From: Elusimicrobiota bacterium
GTDB taxonomy: Bacteria; RUG730; JBDRED01
DNA length: 64,000 bases
Assembly (NCBI GenBank): GCA_043820025.1
Contig: JBDRED010000034.1
Span: 10,253-74,252 of the forward strand
Reading direction: 5' to 3'
Positions 7,747-18,267 of the stretch are shown one piece after another. Positions within the stretch are counted from its first letter, which is position 1. Each line of letters begins with the position of its first letter. The position numbers and the translations under genes were made by a program. The notes below the pieces were generated by a model. It saw only the letters and a program-made list of their open reading frames with translations, did no database searches and was not told the DNA's origin.

Positions 7747-10700
7747 ATGAGAAGTAAAGTAAGATATCATGTCGAAGGCAATGAGTTTGTGATTGAAAAT
7801 TATAACAATGCAAAGGCATTTGCCAGTTTTTTTCCGGCTATTGCCGGTATATGGGGAAAGCCTATGTGGGTGTTTTACGTTAATCGCGGGCAGTCTATTG
7901 CATGCTTTGGCACAAAGGATAAAGACGGCGCTATCGTTGAGTTTAACGCCGCTAACAAGGCATACAGGCAGACGCCATTGCAGGGATTTAGAACATTTAT
8001 TAAATGTGACGGAGCTGTGTATGAACCTTTTAAGAATCTTCCTGATAACGCGGAAAACGGAATAACAAACAGTATGTATATATCTTCCTATGACCTAAAG
8101 CTGTCTGAAAAAAATACAAAGCTTGGTTTTGAGGTTTCAGTGGAATATTTTACTATACCTAATGAAAATATTCCTGCTCTTGCCAGGGTAATGACAATAA
8201 AAAACATAGGCGGTAAGGACAGAAAGATTGAATGTATTGACGGACTGCCTATAATAATTCCTTATGGCACAAATAATTTTCTTTTAAAAAATATCAGCCG
8301 TTTAGCAGAGGGATGGTATAATGGCGTGTTCTTCTCGAGGGTAAACAAGGTTCCGGTTTATAAACTGCCTGTTGAGCCTTTGGACAGGCCTGAGGTTATA
8401 CATGTAAATGCAGGAAACTTTTATTCCGGATTCTATTATAAAAACAATGAAAAGATATCGCCCGGTTATATTATTGATCCTGATAGTTTGTTTGGCGAGG
8501 TAAGAGATTTTTCATTTCCTTCAAAATTTATTAATAACGAGAATTTTGAAATTGATCCTGACTTGACCGGTAAAAATAAAACACCGTCCGGTATGGGGTA
8601 TTTTACTGAGACAATTAAGGCGGGAGATGAGCTTGCGTATTATTCTATTGTCGGCACTGCGCAGGACGCGGCTAAGATAGATGATTTTGTGGGGAAGATG
8701 TCAAACAGGGAATACTTAAATAATAAAAGAGAAGATAATAAAGCGATAATAGAAGCTGTAAGCAATGACCTTTTAACAAAGTCGTCTTCCGGTAGATTTG
8801 ATAATTACTGTCAGCAGGATTTTATTGATAATCTTCTAAGGGGCGGATATCCGGTTACGCTCGGTAAAGGCGAGTTAAAGAAAAATTTCTATGTGTATTC
8901 GCGTATACACGGCGATATGGAGCGCGAGTATAATAATTTTATGGTGCTTCCTGAATATTTTTCGCAGGGAAACGGTAATTATAGAGATGTTAACCAGAAT
9001 AGGCGCAATGATGTTTTTATAAATCCTAATGTTGAGGATGAGTCAATCATTACATTTGTGAATCTTCTTCAGCTCGATGGATTTAATCCTCTTAAAATAA
9101 TGGGCACTAATTTTAGAATTGTAAACGTAAAGAAATTTTTATCTGCGTTTAAGAAAGAGGCTGATAAAAAATTGATTAAGGAAGTAATAAAAAATCATTT
9201 CAGCCTGGGACATTTATTTATTTTAATGGAAGAAAAGAATATTAAAACAGGCCTTGGCAATAATGATTTCTTAAATTTATTGATTGAGTGTTCTGAAAAG
9301 GTTGACCTGGCTCATCCGGGCGAATGTTACTGGTCAGATCATTGGCATTATAATATTGACCTTATTGAAAGCTTTCTTGCTGTTTATCCGGATAAGCTAA
9401 AGGATCTGCTCTTGGGAAAAAAGATTTATACATATTATGACAATAACCATATAGTTTTACCAAGAGATGAAAAGTACGTTTTATTTGACGGAGAGCCGAG
9501 GCAGTTAGACGCTGTTTTAGAGGATCCAAAGAAGCAGAAGATGATCAGCGAAAGAAAAAAAGACGCTAATGTTGTAAGGACAAAGCATGGCGCAGGCGAT
9601 ATATACAAGACAACGCTCCTTGGAAAATTATTAAACCTTACGGCGAATAAGTACGCGTCGCTGGACCCTGACTGTATAGGCGTTGAGATGGAGTCAGACA
9701 GGCCGAACTGGTGCGATGCGTTAAACGGCGTTCCGGGAACGTTTGGGTCGTCAACAGCAGAGTCATTTGAGCTGAAAAGGCTTTTAACTTTCTTGATAAA
9801 CAGCTTAAAATCTTTAAGTATTAAGCCGGATATGAAGATAACTACAGCAAAAGAAACTATAGATTTTCTTAAAAAACTTGAGACAGCTGTAATAAAGAAT
9901 AAAAATGATCAGTTTAAATTCTGGGATGAAACGCATTCAATTAAGGAAGCTTATAGAGAGAAAATAAGGTTTGGCGTTTTAGGCAGAGACGAGCAGATAT
10001 CAGCGGCGGATTTAATTAAGATGCTTGAATTATTTTTAGAAAAATTAGACAGCGGGTTGAATAAATCTGTGGATAAAGCCACAGGTATGGTTGCTACAAA
10101 CTATCAGTATGAGCTCGTGAAATATAAAGCGCTGAAAGAAAAAGGCAAAACAAAAAAGAATAGAAACGGTTATCCCTGCATTAAGGCTCTTGCATTTAAG
10201 AGAAAGCCTCTGCCATTGTTCTTAGAAGGGTCTGTTCATTATCTGCGTATAGCTGGAAGCAAGACGGCTGCTGAAAAATTTCATAAAGCGATTCTTAACA
10301 GCGGACTTTATGACAAAAAATTAAATATGATTAAGGTAAACGCGCCGCTTACAGGCGTGCCGCTGACTACAGGGCGTATTACGGTCTTTACTTCGGGCTG
10401 GCTTGAGAATGAGTCTGTGTGGACGCATATGCAGTACAAATATATGCTTGAGCTTCTCAGAAATAACGCTGCGGATGAGTTTTTCTCCATAAGCAAAACA
10501 GCGCTTGTGCCGTTTATGGATCCAAAGGTTTATGGACGAAGCATATTTGAAAATTCTTCGTTTATTGTTAGCAGCGCGCATCCTGAGGAACATATACACG
10601 GCCAGGGTTTTGTCGGCCGTTTATCAGGCGCTACAGCTGAATTTATCTCAATGTGGATATCTATAACCAGCGGCTTAAAGCCGTTTTATATGAATAACGG

Positions 10701-11034
10701 ATCTCTATGTATGGAGTTTAAGCCTCAGATACCCGGCAGTATGTTTACAGAGAAAGATGATGTGGTTGTATCTTATAATGGAAATGAAAAAAAGGAAGAG
10801 ATTAATGTCCCAAAGAATTCCTTCCTGTTTAAATTTCTTGGAAAGACAATTGTGATTTATCATAACCCTTTACGAAAGGATACATACGGGCCTGATGGCG
10901 CGAAGATTAAAAAGATGCTCTTAGTCTATTCCTCAAAGGAATCAATCGAGGTAAAAGGAGCGGTTCTTTCAGGCCGGCCTGCGCATGACCTGCGGAGCGG
11001 CAAAGTTATTAGGATGGATGTTGAGTTAGGATAA
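7747..11034 (+). CDS. Large (alpha/alpha)6-barrel glycoside phosphorylase/hydrolase-like protein (distant GH94/cellobiose-phosphorylase-like), specificity unknown
   Basis: This 1095-aa ORF has a good RBS. The N-terminus (FASFFPAIAGIWGKPMWVFYVNRGQSIACFG) resembles a family usually auto-annotated as cellobiose phosphorylase. RPNWCDALNGVPG resembles the GH94 DWND catalytic-loop region. The family assignment is from memory only. Confidence 0.45.
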   Translation: MRSKVRYHVEGNEFVIENYNNAKAFASFFPAIAGIWGKPMWVFYVNRGQSIACFGTKDKDGAIVEFNAANKAYRQTPLQGFRTFIKCDGAVYEPFKNLPDNAENGITNSMYISSYDLKLSEKNTKLGFEVSVEYFTIPNENIPALARVMTIKNIGGKDRKIECIDGLPIIIPYGTNNFLLKNISRLAEGWYNGVFFSRVNKVPVYKLPVEPLDRPEVIHVNAGNFYSGFYYKNNEKISPGYIIDPDSLFGEVRDFSFPSKFINNENFEIDPDLTGKNKTPSGMGYFTETIKAGDELAYYSIVGTAQDAAKIDDFVGKMSNREYLNNKREDNKAIIEAVSNDLLTKSSSGRFDNYCQQDFIDNLLRGGYPVTLGKGELKKNFYVYSRIHGDMEREYNNFMVLPEYFSQGNGNYRDVNQNRRNDVFINPNVEDESIITFVNLLQLDGFNPLKIMGTNFRIVNVKKFLSAFKKEADKKLIKEVIKNHFSLGHLFILMEEKNIKTGLGNNDFLNLLIECSEKVDLAHPGECYWSDHWHYNIDLIESFLAVYPDKLKDLLLGKKIYTYYDNNHIVLPRDEKYVLFDGEPRQLDAVLEDPKKQKMISERKKDANVVRTKHGAGDIYKTTLLGKLLNLTANKYASLDPDCIGVEMESDRPNWCDALNGVPGTFGSSTAESFELKRLLTFLINSLKSLSIKPDMKITTAKETIDFLKKLETAVIKNKNDQFKFWDETHSIKEAYREKIRFGVLGRDEQISAADLIKMLELFLEKLDSGLNKSVDKATGMVATNYQYELVKYKALKEKGKTKKNRNGYPCIKALAFKRKPLPLFLEGSVHYLRIAGSKTAAEKFHKAILNSGLYDKKLNMIKVNAPLTGVPLTTGRITVFTSGWLENESVWTHMQYKYMLELLRNNAADEFFSISKTALVPFMDPKVYGRSIFENSSFIVSSAHPEEHIHGQGFVGRLSGATAEFISMWISITSGLKPFYMNNGSLCMEFKPQIPGSMFTEKDDVVVSYNGNEKKEEINVPKNSFLFKFLGKTIVIYHNPLRKDTYGPDGAKIKKMLLVYSSKESIEVKGAVLSGRPAHDLRSGKVIRMDVELG

Positions 11035-11090
11035 AACTTGTGAGACAATGATTGATACAAATAAGCGTTGTCTCCCTAAAGTTTCGGTGT

Positions 11091-12707
11091 ATGGGGGTGG
11101 TGTTGGCTCTATTTAGGAACGTTGCTCTAGTTTGTCTGATAGTAATTTTCGTTACTGCCGTAAATGACAGCTTTATAACATGTCCGCGCGAAAAAAATTC
11201 AAAACAAAATACAGAGAGAATAAATATTTCAAGAGATAGGCTTGCATTTAAAAGTTATTTTGCCTGCAGGCAGAATATAGGTGTATTAACAGAAATTATC
11301 AGGGAATATATTGATGAAATTGTTGGCGGCGTTATTGAGTATGAATCTGAATCTGACTCTGACTCTTTTTTCTCTGATTCGGAGCGCGAAACTCCTTCGG
11401 AAGGCAGTACCTGCGCGTCTGATGGTGAAATTTCACCAATGGTTTTTGATATGGACGATGTTGTTGATTGGGATGACCGGGTAGAAGAAAAGATAGAAAA
11501 AAGGAGAAAGGTTAAGAGATTATTTAACAGCTCTGATTTTTTAGAAAGCCCTCAAACAGCATGCCTGCGTCAATTAGCTGAGCATTTATACGATATGTCA
11601 AAGGAATATAATATGACACAAGAGTTTTTTGAGGTTTTTTATGAAAACGGAATTGATATAAGAAAGGGCAAGAACATTTTTATTAATCCAAAAGTGAAAA
11701 AAAATAATTATTCATACGCGGATACTTGTAATGCTAAATATGACGGCGCTAAAGAACCGGAAAGGTCTATACTTAAAAAAAGGCAGGTAAATATGAATGG
11801 CGATCAGACTGTTAGTTTGCATTTTTTAGAGGATGTAACACAATGGATGCTGTCTGATAAAAGGGTTTCACAGGACATGAGAAATTACGCTCTTATAATC
11901 GCAGAGGACATTTTGGATGATCTTAATATGGTAAAAAAAGGCAGTTTCGTTGAATTAATAACCTTATCGGGTTATAACTCGGATCAATTAATATTGCAGT
12001 CTATTGCCTTAGAAGAGATAATCCGTTCAAGATCGAGTATTGTAACTATAGTTAAAGTATTCAGGCAGATCTACCCGGAGCTTGAAAAATTATTGAATAA
12101 CGTAAATCCGCAAAATAAAATTTTAATAGAGAAAATCAAGAGGTTCCAAAATAAAATATATAATAATATTCTTCTAATACAGTCAAAACAGGTGGAGTCT
12201 AGCGGTATTTTAAATTCGCTTACCGGAGAGAATGTTGGCAGTTTGAAGATTATTGAGGAATATATCGAATGGGAGAGACCGGAATTAGTAGTGAATTATG
12301 AAGAAGTGCTGTCGTATGCGGTTAACAGAGTGTTCACTGCTCAGCTGCCTGAAAGATGGTCCGGCCCGGGAAATAATATAAAATTTAAGACAGTGTTAAG
12401 TTATTTGGAGTTAAGAGATTTGATTATGGATCAATTCTCGATTATTAAAGATAAAATCAGCAAAAGGAGAGAGAAATATCAAAGTATGTATGAGGAAAAA
12501 AACCATACCTTACCACAAGAACGCATAATTACTATTCGGGAATTGATTGATGCAAACAAGAGCGCTATAACTTATAATGAATCTGTCTTACTGCTGTTTT
12601 CTATGCTGGAAGGTTTAGCAGGTCATTACTTCCCTGTCCCTGATCCGGAAAAAGAAATAATGGCCTGTTTTGGCATGAATTATGAATCTTTGGTACATGC
12701 GTCCTAG
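11091..12707 (+). CDS. Hypothetical membrane-anchored protein with an acidic Ser/Asp/Glu-rich region; no recognisable domain
   Basis: A long ORF (11052-12707 in the track). ATG 11091 gives an N-terminal hydrophobic anchor (MGVVLALFRNVALVCLIVIFVTAV). The start is uncertain because no clear RBS is present. I recognise no family motif. Confidence 0.55.
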   Translation: MGVVLALFRNVALVCLIVIFVTAVNDSFITCPREKNSKQNTERINISRDRLAFKSYFACRQNIGVLTEIIREYIDEIVGGVIEYESESDSDSFFSDSERETPSEGSTCASDGEISPMVFDMDDVVDWDDRVEEKIEKRRKVKRLFNSSDFLESPQTACLRQLAEHLYDMSKEYNMTQEFFEVFYENGIDIRKGKNIFINPKVKKNNYSYADTCNAKYDGAKEPERSILKKRQVNMNGDQTVSLHFLEDVTQWMLSDKRVSQDMRNYALIIAEDILDDLNMVKKGSFVELITLSGYNSDQLILQSIALEEIIRSRSSIVTIVKVFRQIYPELEKLLNNVNPQNKILIEKIKRFQNKIYNNILLIQSKQVESSGILNSLTGENVGSLKIIEEYIEWERPELVVNYEEVLSYAVNRVFTAQLPERWSGPGNNIKFKTVLSYLELRDLIMDQFSIIKDKISKRREKYQSMYEEKNHTLPQERIITIRELIDANKSAITYNESVLLLFSMLEGLAGHYFPVPDPEKEIMACFGMNYESLVHAS

Positions 12708-12719
12708 TCTGAAAATAAA

Positions 12720-12758
12720 GTAACCGAACTTGAGGGACAGACCCCAAAGTTCGGTTAC
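12720..12758 (+). repeat. Hairpin element (12-bp stem GTAACCGAACTT/AAGTTCGGTTAC) whose core recurs at 51434-51461
   Basis: The inverted repeat is perfect, with a 15-nt loop containing GAGGGACAGACCCC. It sits 12 nt after the stop of the 11091 gene. No U-run follows, so it is not a canonical intrinsic terminator. Confidence 0.7.
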
Positions 12759-12778
12759 TGCTAAAAAGCACAAAATTC

Positions 12779-12831
12779 TAAAAATAGTGCTAAAAATAGT
12801 GCTTGTCAATATAATAATGATTTGATATACT
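12779..12831 (+). promoter_or_regulatory. Candidate promoter (TTGTCA-17-TATACT) preceded by a 12-bp direct repeat (TAAAAATAGTGC x2)
   Basis: The repeats lie at 12779-12790 and 12791-12802. TTGTCA is at 12803-12808 and TATACT at 12826-12831. The element is upstream of the HIT-rpsU-NIF3-dnaG-rpoD gene string. Confidence 0.45.
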
Positions 12832-12861
12832 AGTCAATCCTAGATTGGAGGTATATGTCCT

Positions 12862-13209
12862 TTGGCTGAAAACTGCTTATTTTGTAACATAATCAGCAAA
12901 AAAATACCGGCAGAAATTGTCTTTGAAAATGAAGATGTTATAGCTTTTAAGGATATAAATCCAACAGCTCCCGTGCATGTTTTAATACTTACAAAAAAAC
13001 ATATTCCAACGATTTTGGATATTAAAGAGGAAGACAGCCGGGTGTTAAGCGCGTTGTGGGGCGCTGTAAATAAGATAGCGAAAGATATGGAAATAGATGA
13101 GTCGGGTTTTAGGGTAGTTGCGAACTGCGGCGAGGATGGCGGGCAGGAGATACTGCATCTACATCTGCACCTGTTAGGCGGAAGACAGATGACATGGCCT
13201 GCAGGATAA
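12862..13209 (+). CDS. HIT-family (histidine triad) nucleotide hydrolase
   Basis: The histidine triad HLHLHLLGG is present, and the N-terminus CLFCNIISKKIPAEIVFENEDVIAFKDINP is typical of HinT. The start is TTG, with GGAGG 10 nt upstream. Confidence 0.85.
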   Translation: MAENCLFCNIISKKIPAEIVFENEDVIAFKDINPTAPVHVLILTKKHIPTILDIKEEDSRVLSALWGAVNKIAKDMEIDESGFRVVANCGEDGGQEILHLHLHLLGGRQMTWPAG

Positions 13210-13263
13210 AAAATAGCCCAGCTAGAAGGGGTTGGGAACAATTAATAAAAAAGGGGAACAAAA

Positions 13264-13452
13264 ATGACAGTTGTAAAGGTTAGAGACAATGAATCAATAG
13301 ATGAAGCGTTAAGACGGTTTAAGCGCGAATGCGAAAAAGCGGGCGTTATGCAGGAAATCAAAAAACGCGAATTCTATGAAAGCCCAAGCGTCCGAAGAAA
13401 AAAGAAGCTTCAGGAAGCTAAGCGCAAGTTCAGACGTAAAATCAAGAAATAA
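13264..13452 (+). CDS. rpsU: 30S ribosomal protein S21
   Basis: The sequence [25 protein letters not shown]...[14 protein letters not shown] is the canonical S21 sequence. Confidence 0.95.
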   Translation: MTVVKVRDNESIDEALRRFKRECEKAGVMQEIKKREFYESPSVRRKKKLQEAKRKFRRKIKK

Positions 13453-13467
13453 TTAAAGAGGTTTCAC

Positions 13468-14436
13468 ATGAAACTAAAGGATTTGTATAAGGCCATAATT
13501 GAGATTGGTATACAGAATGATCCGCGCGGCAAGAATGGCGTGGAAAAAGCGCTTAAGCAGGTAAAGGACTCTTACACAAAGCTGGCGCCTCTTGAAAAAA
13601 ATTATTTTGATACAGAAAAGCTGACTAATCCATATAGCGATTCTCGGATATATCACGGAACAGGCAATGAAGAAATAAAGACTATAATGGTCGGAGTCGA
13701 TATGGAAACGCCGGAACTTTTAGTGGCTGACAGGCTGAGAGAAAGAGGTGAAAAGATTGACGCGGTTATGACGCATCACCCTGAAGGAACAGCATTGCTC
13801 TCGCTTGCTGAGGTTATGTCAATGCAGGCAGATATTATGCATTCATTCGGAGTGCCGATTAATATTGCGGACGGCGTTCTCTCAAACAGAATACGCGAAG
13901 TTTCAGAAGGTGTTTTACCTGTTAATTATTACAGAGCTGTGCGCGCGGCTGAAATGCTTAAAATCCCATATTTCGGAGCGCATACTCCGGCTGATAACTG
14001 CGTGGTCACATACTTACAAAAAATCTTCGATAAGAATAAACCTGAAACAGTTGGCAATGTTTTTGATATTTTAATGAATATTGAAGAATACAAAATATCG
14101 TTAAAGCATAATAACGGCCCGAGGATTGTGTCAGGCTCAAAAATAAAGAGGGCGGGAAAGGTTTATGTTGATATGACCGGAGGCACAGGCGGATCTATTG
14201 ATATGCTCGACAGGCTCGCTAATTCCGGAGTAGGAACAATGATTTGTATGCATATGAGCAAGGATCATTTAGAACGCGCAAAAAAATGTCTTTTAAATGT
14301 TGTTATTGCAGGGCATATGGCAAGCGACTCTTTAGGGCTGAACCTGCTCTTAGACAGCGCGCAAAAAAAGATAGGAAAATTAAAAATAATTGAGTTTTCA
14401 GGATTTACGCGTGTGGAAAGATTTAATAAAAAGTAA
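13468..14436 (+). CDS. NIF3-family (DUF34) dinuclear-metal-centre protein
   Basis: IKTIMVGVDMETPELLVADRLRERGEKIDAVMTHHPEG matches the NIF3 N-terminal block. GTGGS...VIAGHMASDSLG matches the C-terminal block. Linkage to dnaG/rpoD resembles B. subtilis yqfO. Confidence 0.7.
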   Translation: MKLKDLYKAIIEIGIQNDPRGKNGVEKALKQVKDSYTKLAPLEKNYFDTEKLTNPYSDSRIYHGTGNEEIKTIMVGVDMETPELLVADRLRERGEKIDAVMTHHPEGTALLSLAEVMSMQADIMHSFGVPINIADGVLSNRIREVSEGVLPVNYYRAVRAAEMLKIPYFGAHTPADNCVVTYLQKIFDKNKPETVGNVFDILMNIEEYKISLKHNNGPRIVSGSKIKRAGKVYVDMTGGTGGSIDMLDRLANSGVGTMICMHMSKDHLERAKKCLLNVVIAGHMASDSLGLNLLLDSAQKKIGKLKIIEFSGFTRVERFNKK

Positions 14437-14475
14437 GCGATCTCTGCTTTTTGCAGAGAAAGATTGAGAATTGTA

Positions 14476-16266
14476 ATGGCTTTTGATAGAGATGTTTTAG
14501 CAAGAATAATTGACCAAAATAATATTGTAGATATAATAAGCGATTATGTTACATTAAAAAAAACAGGCACAAATTATAAGGGGCTTTGTCCATTTCATTC
14601 GGAGAAAACCCCTTCCTTTATTGTAAGCGCTGAGAAACAGATTTATCATTGTTTTGGATGTCATGAGGGCGGTGATGTTCTAAGTTTTTTAATGAAGGTT
14701 GAACATCAAACCTTTCCGGAAGCTGTAAAAATATTAGCTGAGCGCGCAGGGATAAAAATTGAAGAAACTAATGTTGGAAAGTCTGTTGAGGGCGGCGGGA
14801 TAAAGGATAAGCTCTTTGAATTAAATATGAGGACAGCGGAATTTTTTAATAGGTATATCAAGGATTCAAAAAATGCCGGGCATGCGCAAAAATATTTAAA
14901 TAAGCGCGGCATCTCAGCTAAAATCAGAGACGAGTTTTTATTGGGTTATGCGCCAAAAGGGCCTAACTTCTTGATTAATCTGGCTGCTAAGCAGAGAATA
15001 CAAATGAGTCTTTTGGAGCAGGCAGGGCTTGTTAGAAAATCTGATAATCGCGAAGCAAGATATAAGGATTGGTTTTGGGATAGAATAATATTCCCAATAT
15101 GCGACGCAAGGGGCAGAGTTATTGCTTTCGGCGGACGCGTATTAGACGATGGCGAACCTAAATATTTAAACTCGCCGGAAACAATTCTTTTTAATAAAAG
15201 CGCTACGCTTTACGGGCTTAATAAAGCATTGCCATATATACGCAAGGCAGAAAGAATTATTGTCCTCGAAGGTTATATGGATGTTATTAAGCTTTATGAT
15301 GCTGATATAAAAAATGTTGTTGCCACATTAGGCACTGCATTAACCGAACAGCATATTTCACTGCTTCGGCGGTATACTCGTGAAGTAATCGTTGTGTTTG
15401 ACGGAGATGCGGCCGGCATAGCCGCGAGCTTAAGGACAATAGCTCTCTTTGTTAACAGCGGACTGCATTGCAGGGTTGTTACATTGCCTGAAGGGTTAGA
15501 CCCCGACGATTATGTAAAAAAATATGGCGCGGATGCGTTTAAAAATATTACAAACTCAGCAAATGACGCTTATAAATTTCTTGTAGAGGAAGTGTCAAGA
15601 AAAGAGAATGTTAAAAGTCTTGCAGGGAAGCAGAGGATATGTGAAAAGGTTTTGCCTCTTGTATGTAAGATAGACAGCGCGCTAGAGAGAAACCATCTTC
15701 TGAGAATACTTTCTGACACAATACATGAATCAGAGAATGATCTTTTAGCTGAGTCTAAGAAATATGCCAAGCGCGTCAGCGGGTTTAAGAATGTTAAGGC
15801 TGACAATAATGAAAAACCGGTTAATAAAAATATTTGGCCTTATGCTGAAATAGATTTGCTAAGATTTTTACTGCATCATCCGGATGCGTTGGATTTAGCT
15901 GAGAAAAATATAAATCTTGAATGGATCAGCAATGATTCGATAATTAAAACAATTAAGTGGTTGTTTTTAAACGTCAAAGAATTTAAGACGTTAAACACAG
16001 GAGTAATAATATCTCTTGCGATGAATGAATGGCAGATGCCTGATGTGAATGAGATATTTTCATATGTTTCTGTGGAAGAAACAAAGGATAATGTTGACAC
16101 AAAAAGAATTTTTTCTGACATAGCCGGCGTTTTGAAAAAAAACTATCTGCAAAAACAGCTAAAAGATATTGAGATAAAAATGAAGGATAACAGCGATTTT
16201 AGAGCTAATAAGGATATAATTAACGAGTATGAGAAGATAGTAAAGGAATTAAAGAGAGGCGCTTAA
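14476..16266 (+). CDS. dnaG: DNA primase DnaG
   Basis: It has the zinc-ribbon [30 protein letters not shown], and the Toprim region EGYMDV...VVFDGDAAG. The track start is TTG 14464; ATG 14476 is more likely. Confidence 0.95.
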   Translation: MAFDRDVLARIIDQNNIVDIISDYVTLKKTGTNYKGLCPFHSEKTPSFIVSAEKQIYHCFGCHEGGDVLSFLMKVEHQTFPEAVKILAERAGIKIEETNVGKSVEGGGIKDKLFELNMRTAEFFNRYIKDSKNAGHAQKYLNKRGISAKIRDEFLLGYAPKGPNFLINLAAKQRIQMSLLEQAGLVRKSDNREARYKDWFWDRIIFPICDARGRVIAFGGRVLDDGEPKYLNSPETILFNKSATLYGLNKALPYIRKAERIIVLEGYMDVIKLYDADIKNVVATLGTALTEQHISLLRRYTREVIVVFDGDAAGIAASLRTIALFVNSGLHCRVVTLPEGLDPDDYVKKYGADAFKNITNSANDAYKFLVEEVSRKENVKSLAGKQRICEKVLPLVCKIDSALERNHLLRILSDTIHESENDLLAESKKYAKRVSGFKNVKADNNEKPVNKNIWPYAEIDLLRFLLHHPDALDLAEKNINLEWISNDSIIKTIKWLFLNVKEFKTLNTGVIISLAMNEWQMPDVNEIFSYVSVEETKDNVDTKRIFSDIAGVLKKNYLQKQLKDIEIKMKDNSDFRANKDIINEYEKIVKELKRGA

Positions 16267-18131
16267 TGAAAAAAAATAAGAAAATTAAAGGCAAAAAAAA
16301 GGTTGTTAATAAAACTAAAAAGAGTGTGTCTGTTAAGTCAAGGCCTGCGCCAAAACCCGGGATTAAAGATAAGCATGAAATGAAACAGGTTGTGAATCCA
16401 AAGGAAGTAAAGGTTGAAGATAAAGATATCGAAAAATTGATCAGGGTTGGCAAATCAAGCGGGCATCTGACATTCGAACAGATTAATAAAAAGCTTAATA
16501 AAAAGGAAATGTCTCCGGAAGAAATGGATGAATTTTTTATTAAGCTTGATGATATGGGGATTGATGTTGTTGACGCTGAGGTTGATGCCGAGCCTGCGCA
16601 GGAAGCTGAGGAAGAGGAAGTAGTTGTAGAAGAAACACATGCCCACGAAGAGGTTCAAACCAATGATTCAATAAAAATGTATCTGAGCGAGATGGGCAGA
16701 GTAGCCCTCCTTACTCGCGATGACGAGGTTGAGCTCGCAAAGCGTATTCGCGAAAACGAAAGAGAGCTTCAAACTTTGGTTTTGGAGTCGCCCATTACTT
16801 TGAAGGAAATACGGCATTGGGATTCTCTTTTAAGAGAAGAAGAAATGACGCCAAAGGAACTTATGCCAAGGGGCAGAAAAACTGACGCGTCTCTTAAAAA
16901 TATGAAAGATAAGATGAAGAAGGTCGCCGGACTTATAAATAAATCCGAGAAAAAATTAAACAGCATTCAAAAAGCTTTAAATGTCAAAAGATTATCGGAT
17001 AAAAGGAAGGCAGACTTAGAAGAAGCGTTTAAAAATGAAAATAAGACGATAATTAATAATATTATAGGGCTTAATCTTAATTTAGAGAAGATGAAACGCT
17101 TGACAAACAGGATTAAACAGCTGGCGCAAAAAGTTCGCGAAACAAAGAATGAAGAAAAAGAACTATTAGCAAATGTAAAGGTTCAGCCGGACGAATTTAA
17201 AAAGGCCTATAATAAAGTAAACAGAGGAAGCTTTACTAAGACTAAATTTACTAATCTAACCGGATGTAAATGGCCTCAAGCAGATAAGATAATAAAGGAT
17301 CTTAAGATTATTGAGATTAAGCTCGTAAGGATTGAGGAAAATATAGGAATTCCTTTAAATGAAATTGATCATATTTATGACACTATCATTAAACTTGAGG
17401 ATAAAATACGTAACGATAAGATGAGGCTCATTAGAGCAAATCTTAGGCTGGTTGTGAGCATAGCGAAAAAACATATTAATCCCAATTTATCATTGCTGGA
17501 TCTTATACAGGAAGGAAGCATAGGCCTTATGAAGGCTGTAGATAAGTTTGAGTATAGGCGTGGGTTTAAGTTTTCAACATATGCTACATGGTGGATTAGG
17601 CAGTCTATAAATCGCGCAATTGCCGATCAGGCGCGAACTATTCGTATTCCTGTGCACATGAAAGAGATGATAAGCAAGCTGGGTAAGATTTCCAGAAAAT
17701 ACAGACAGGATTTTGGAAGAGATCCAAGGCTGGAAGAATACTCAAAAGGACTAAGAATGCCTGCGGATAAGGTGCGGCAGGTTTTAAAAATTATGCAGGA
17801 TCCTATCTCTCTAACAACGCCAATAGGCGATGAAGAGGATAGTTATTTAGAGGATTTTATTGAAGATAAAAACCATATTACTCCTGCAAAAGCCTCATCT
17901 GAGCTTTTGCGTCAAAAAGAGGTTGAGAGAATATTAAACACATTAACGCCAAAGGAAGCAGAAATTATTAGGCTTAGATTTGGCATAGGTTCAGGATATC
18001 CGCGCACTCTCGAAGAAGTAGGTAAAATTTTCAACGTTACGCGCGAACGAGTAAGGCAGATAGAGGTTAAGGCAATAAAAAAATTGAGGCATCCATCCAG
18101 GAGCAAATTTTTATCAGAATATTTAGAATAG
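16266..18131 (+). CDS. rpoD: RNA polymerase sigma factor RpoD (sigma70) with a Lys-rich N-terminal extension
   Basis: Region 2 ([33 protein letters not shown]) and region 4 ([20 protein letters not shown]) are present. The start overlaps the dnaG stop in a TAATG arrangement. Confidence 0.95.
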   Translation: MKKNKKIKGKKKVVNKTKKSVSVKSRPAPKPGIKDKHEMKQVVNPKEVKVEDKDIEKLIRVGKSSGHLTFEQINKKLNKKEMSPEEMDEFFIKLDDMGIDVVDAEVDAEPAQEAEEEEVVVEETHAHEEVQTNDSIKMYLSEMGRVALLTRDDEVELAKRIRENERELQTLVLESPITLKEIRHWDSLLREEEMTPKELMPRGRKTDASLKNMKDKMKKVAGLINKSEKKLNSIQKALNVKRLSDKRKADLEEAFKNENKTIINNIIGLNLNLEKMKRLTNRIKQLAQKVRETKNEEKELLANVKVQPDEFKKAYNKVNRGSFTKTKFTNLTGCKWPQADKIIKDLKIIEIKLVRIEENIGIPLNEIDHIYDTIIKLEDKIRNDKMRLIRANLRLVVSIAKKHINPNLSLLDLIQEGSIGLMKAVDKFEYRRGFKFSTYATWWIRQSINRAIADQARTIRIPVHMKEMISKLGKISRKYRQDFGRDPRLEEYSKGLRMPADKVRQVLKIMQDPISLTTPIGDEEDSYLEDFIEDKNHITPAKASSELLRQKEVERILNTLTPKEAEIIRLRFGIGSGYPRTLEEVGKIFNVTRERVRQIEVKAIKKLRHPSRSKFLSEYLE

Positions 18132-18148
18132 TCTGCAATTTAAATTTT

Positions 18149-18222
18149 GGGCCCATAGCTCAGTTGGTTAGAGCAACTGACTCATAATCAGTGGGTCGTA
18201 GGTTCAAGTCCTACTGGGCCCA
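18149..18222 (+). tRNA. tRNA with anticodon CAT (elongator Met, or lysidine-modified Ile2)
   Basis: A cloverleaf was folded by hand: acceptor GGGCCCA/TGGGCCC, anticodon loop CTCATAA (CAT at 18183-18185), T-arm GTAGG-TTCAAGT-CCTAC. G1-C72 and the anticodon stem rule out an initiator. No CCA is encoded. Confidence 0.9.
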
Positions 18223-18267
18223 TAATCAAATATTTTTAACATTAGTTTTACTTGCTTTTTAGCAGGA

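Noticed and set aside
11042-11074. Terminator after the GH94-like gene (GAGACAA-N19-TTGTCTC)
   Set aside because: The stem is only 7 bp, the loop is 19 nt and no U-tract follows. It also overlaps the possible start region of the next ORF, so the evidence is too weak to call.
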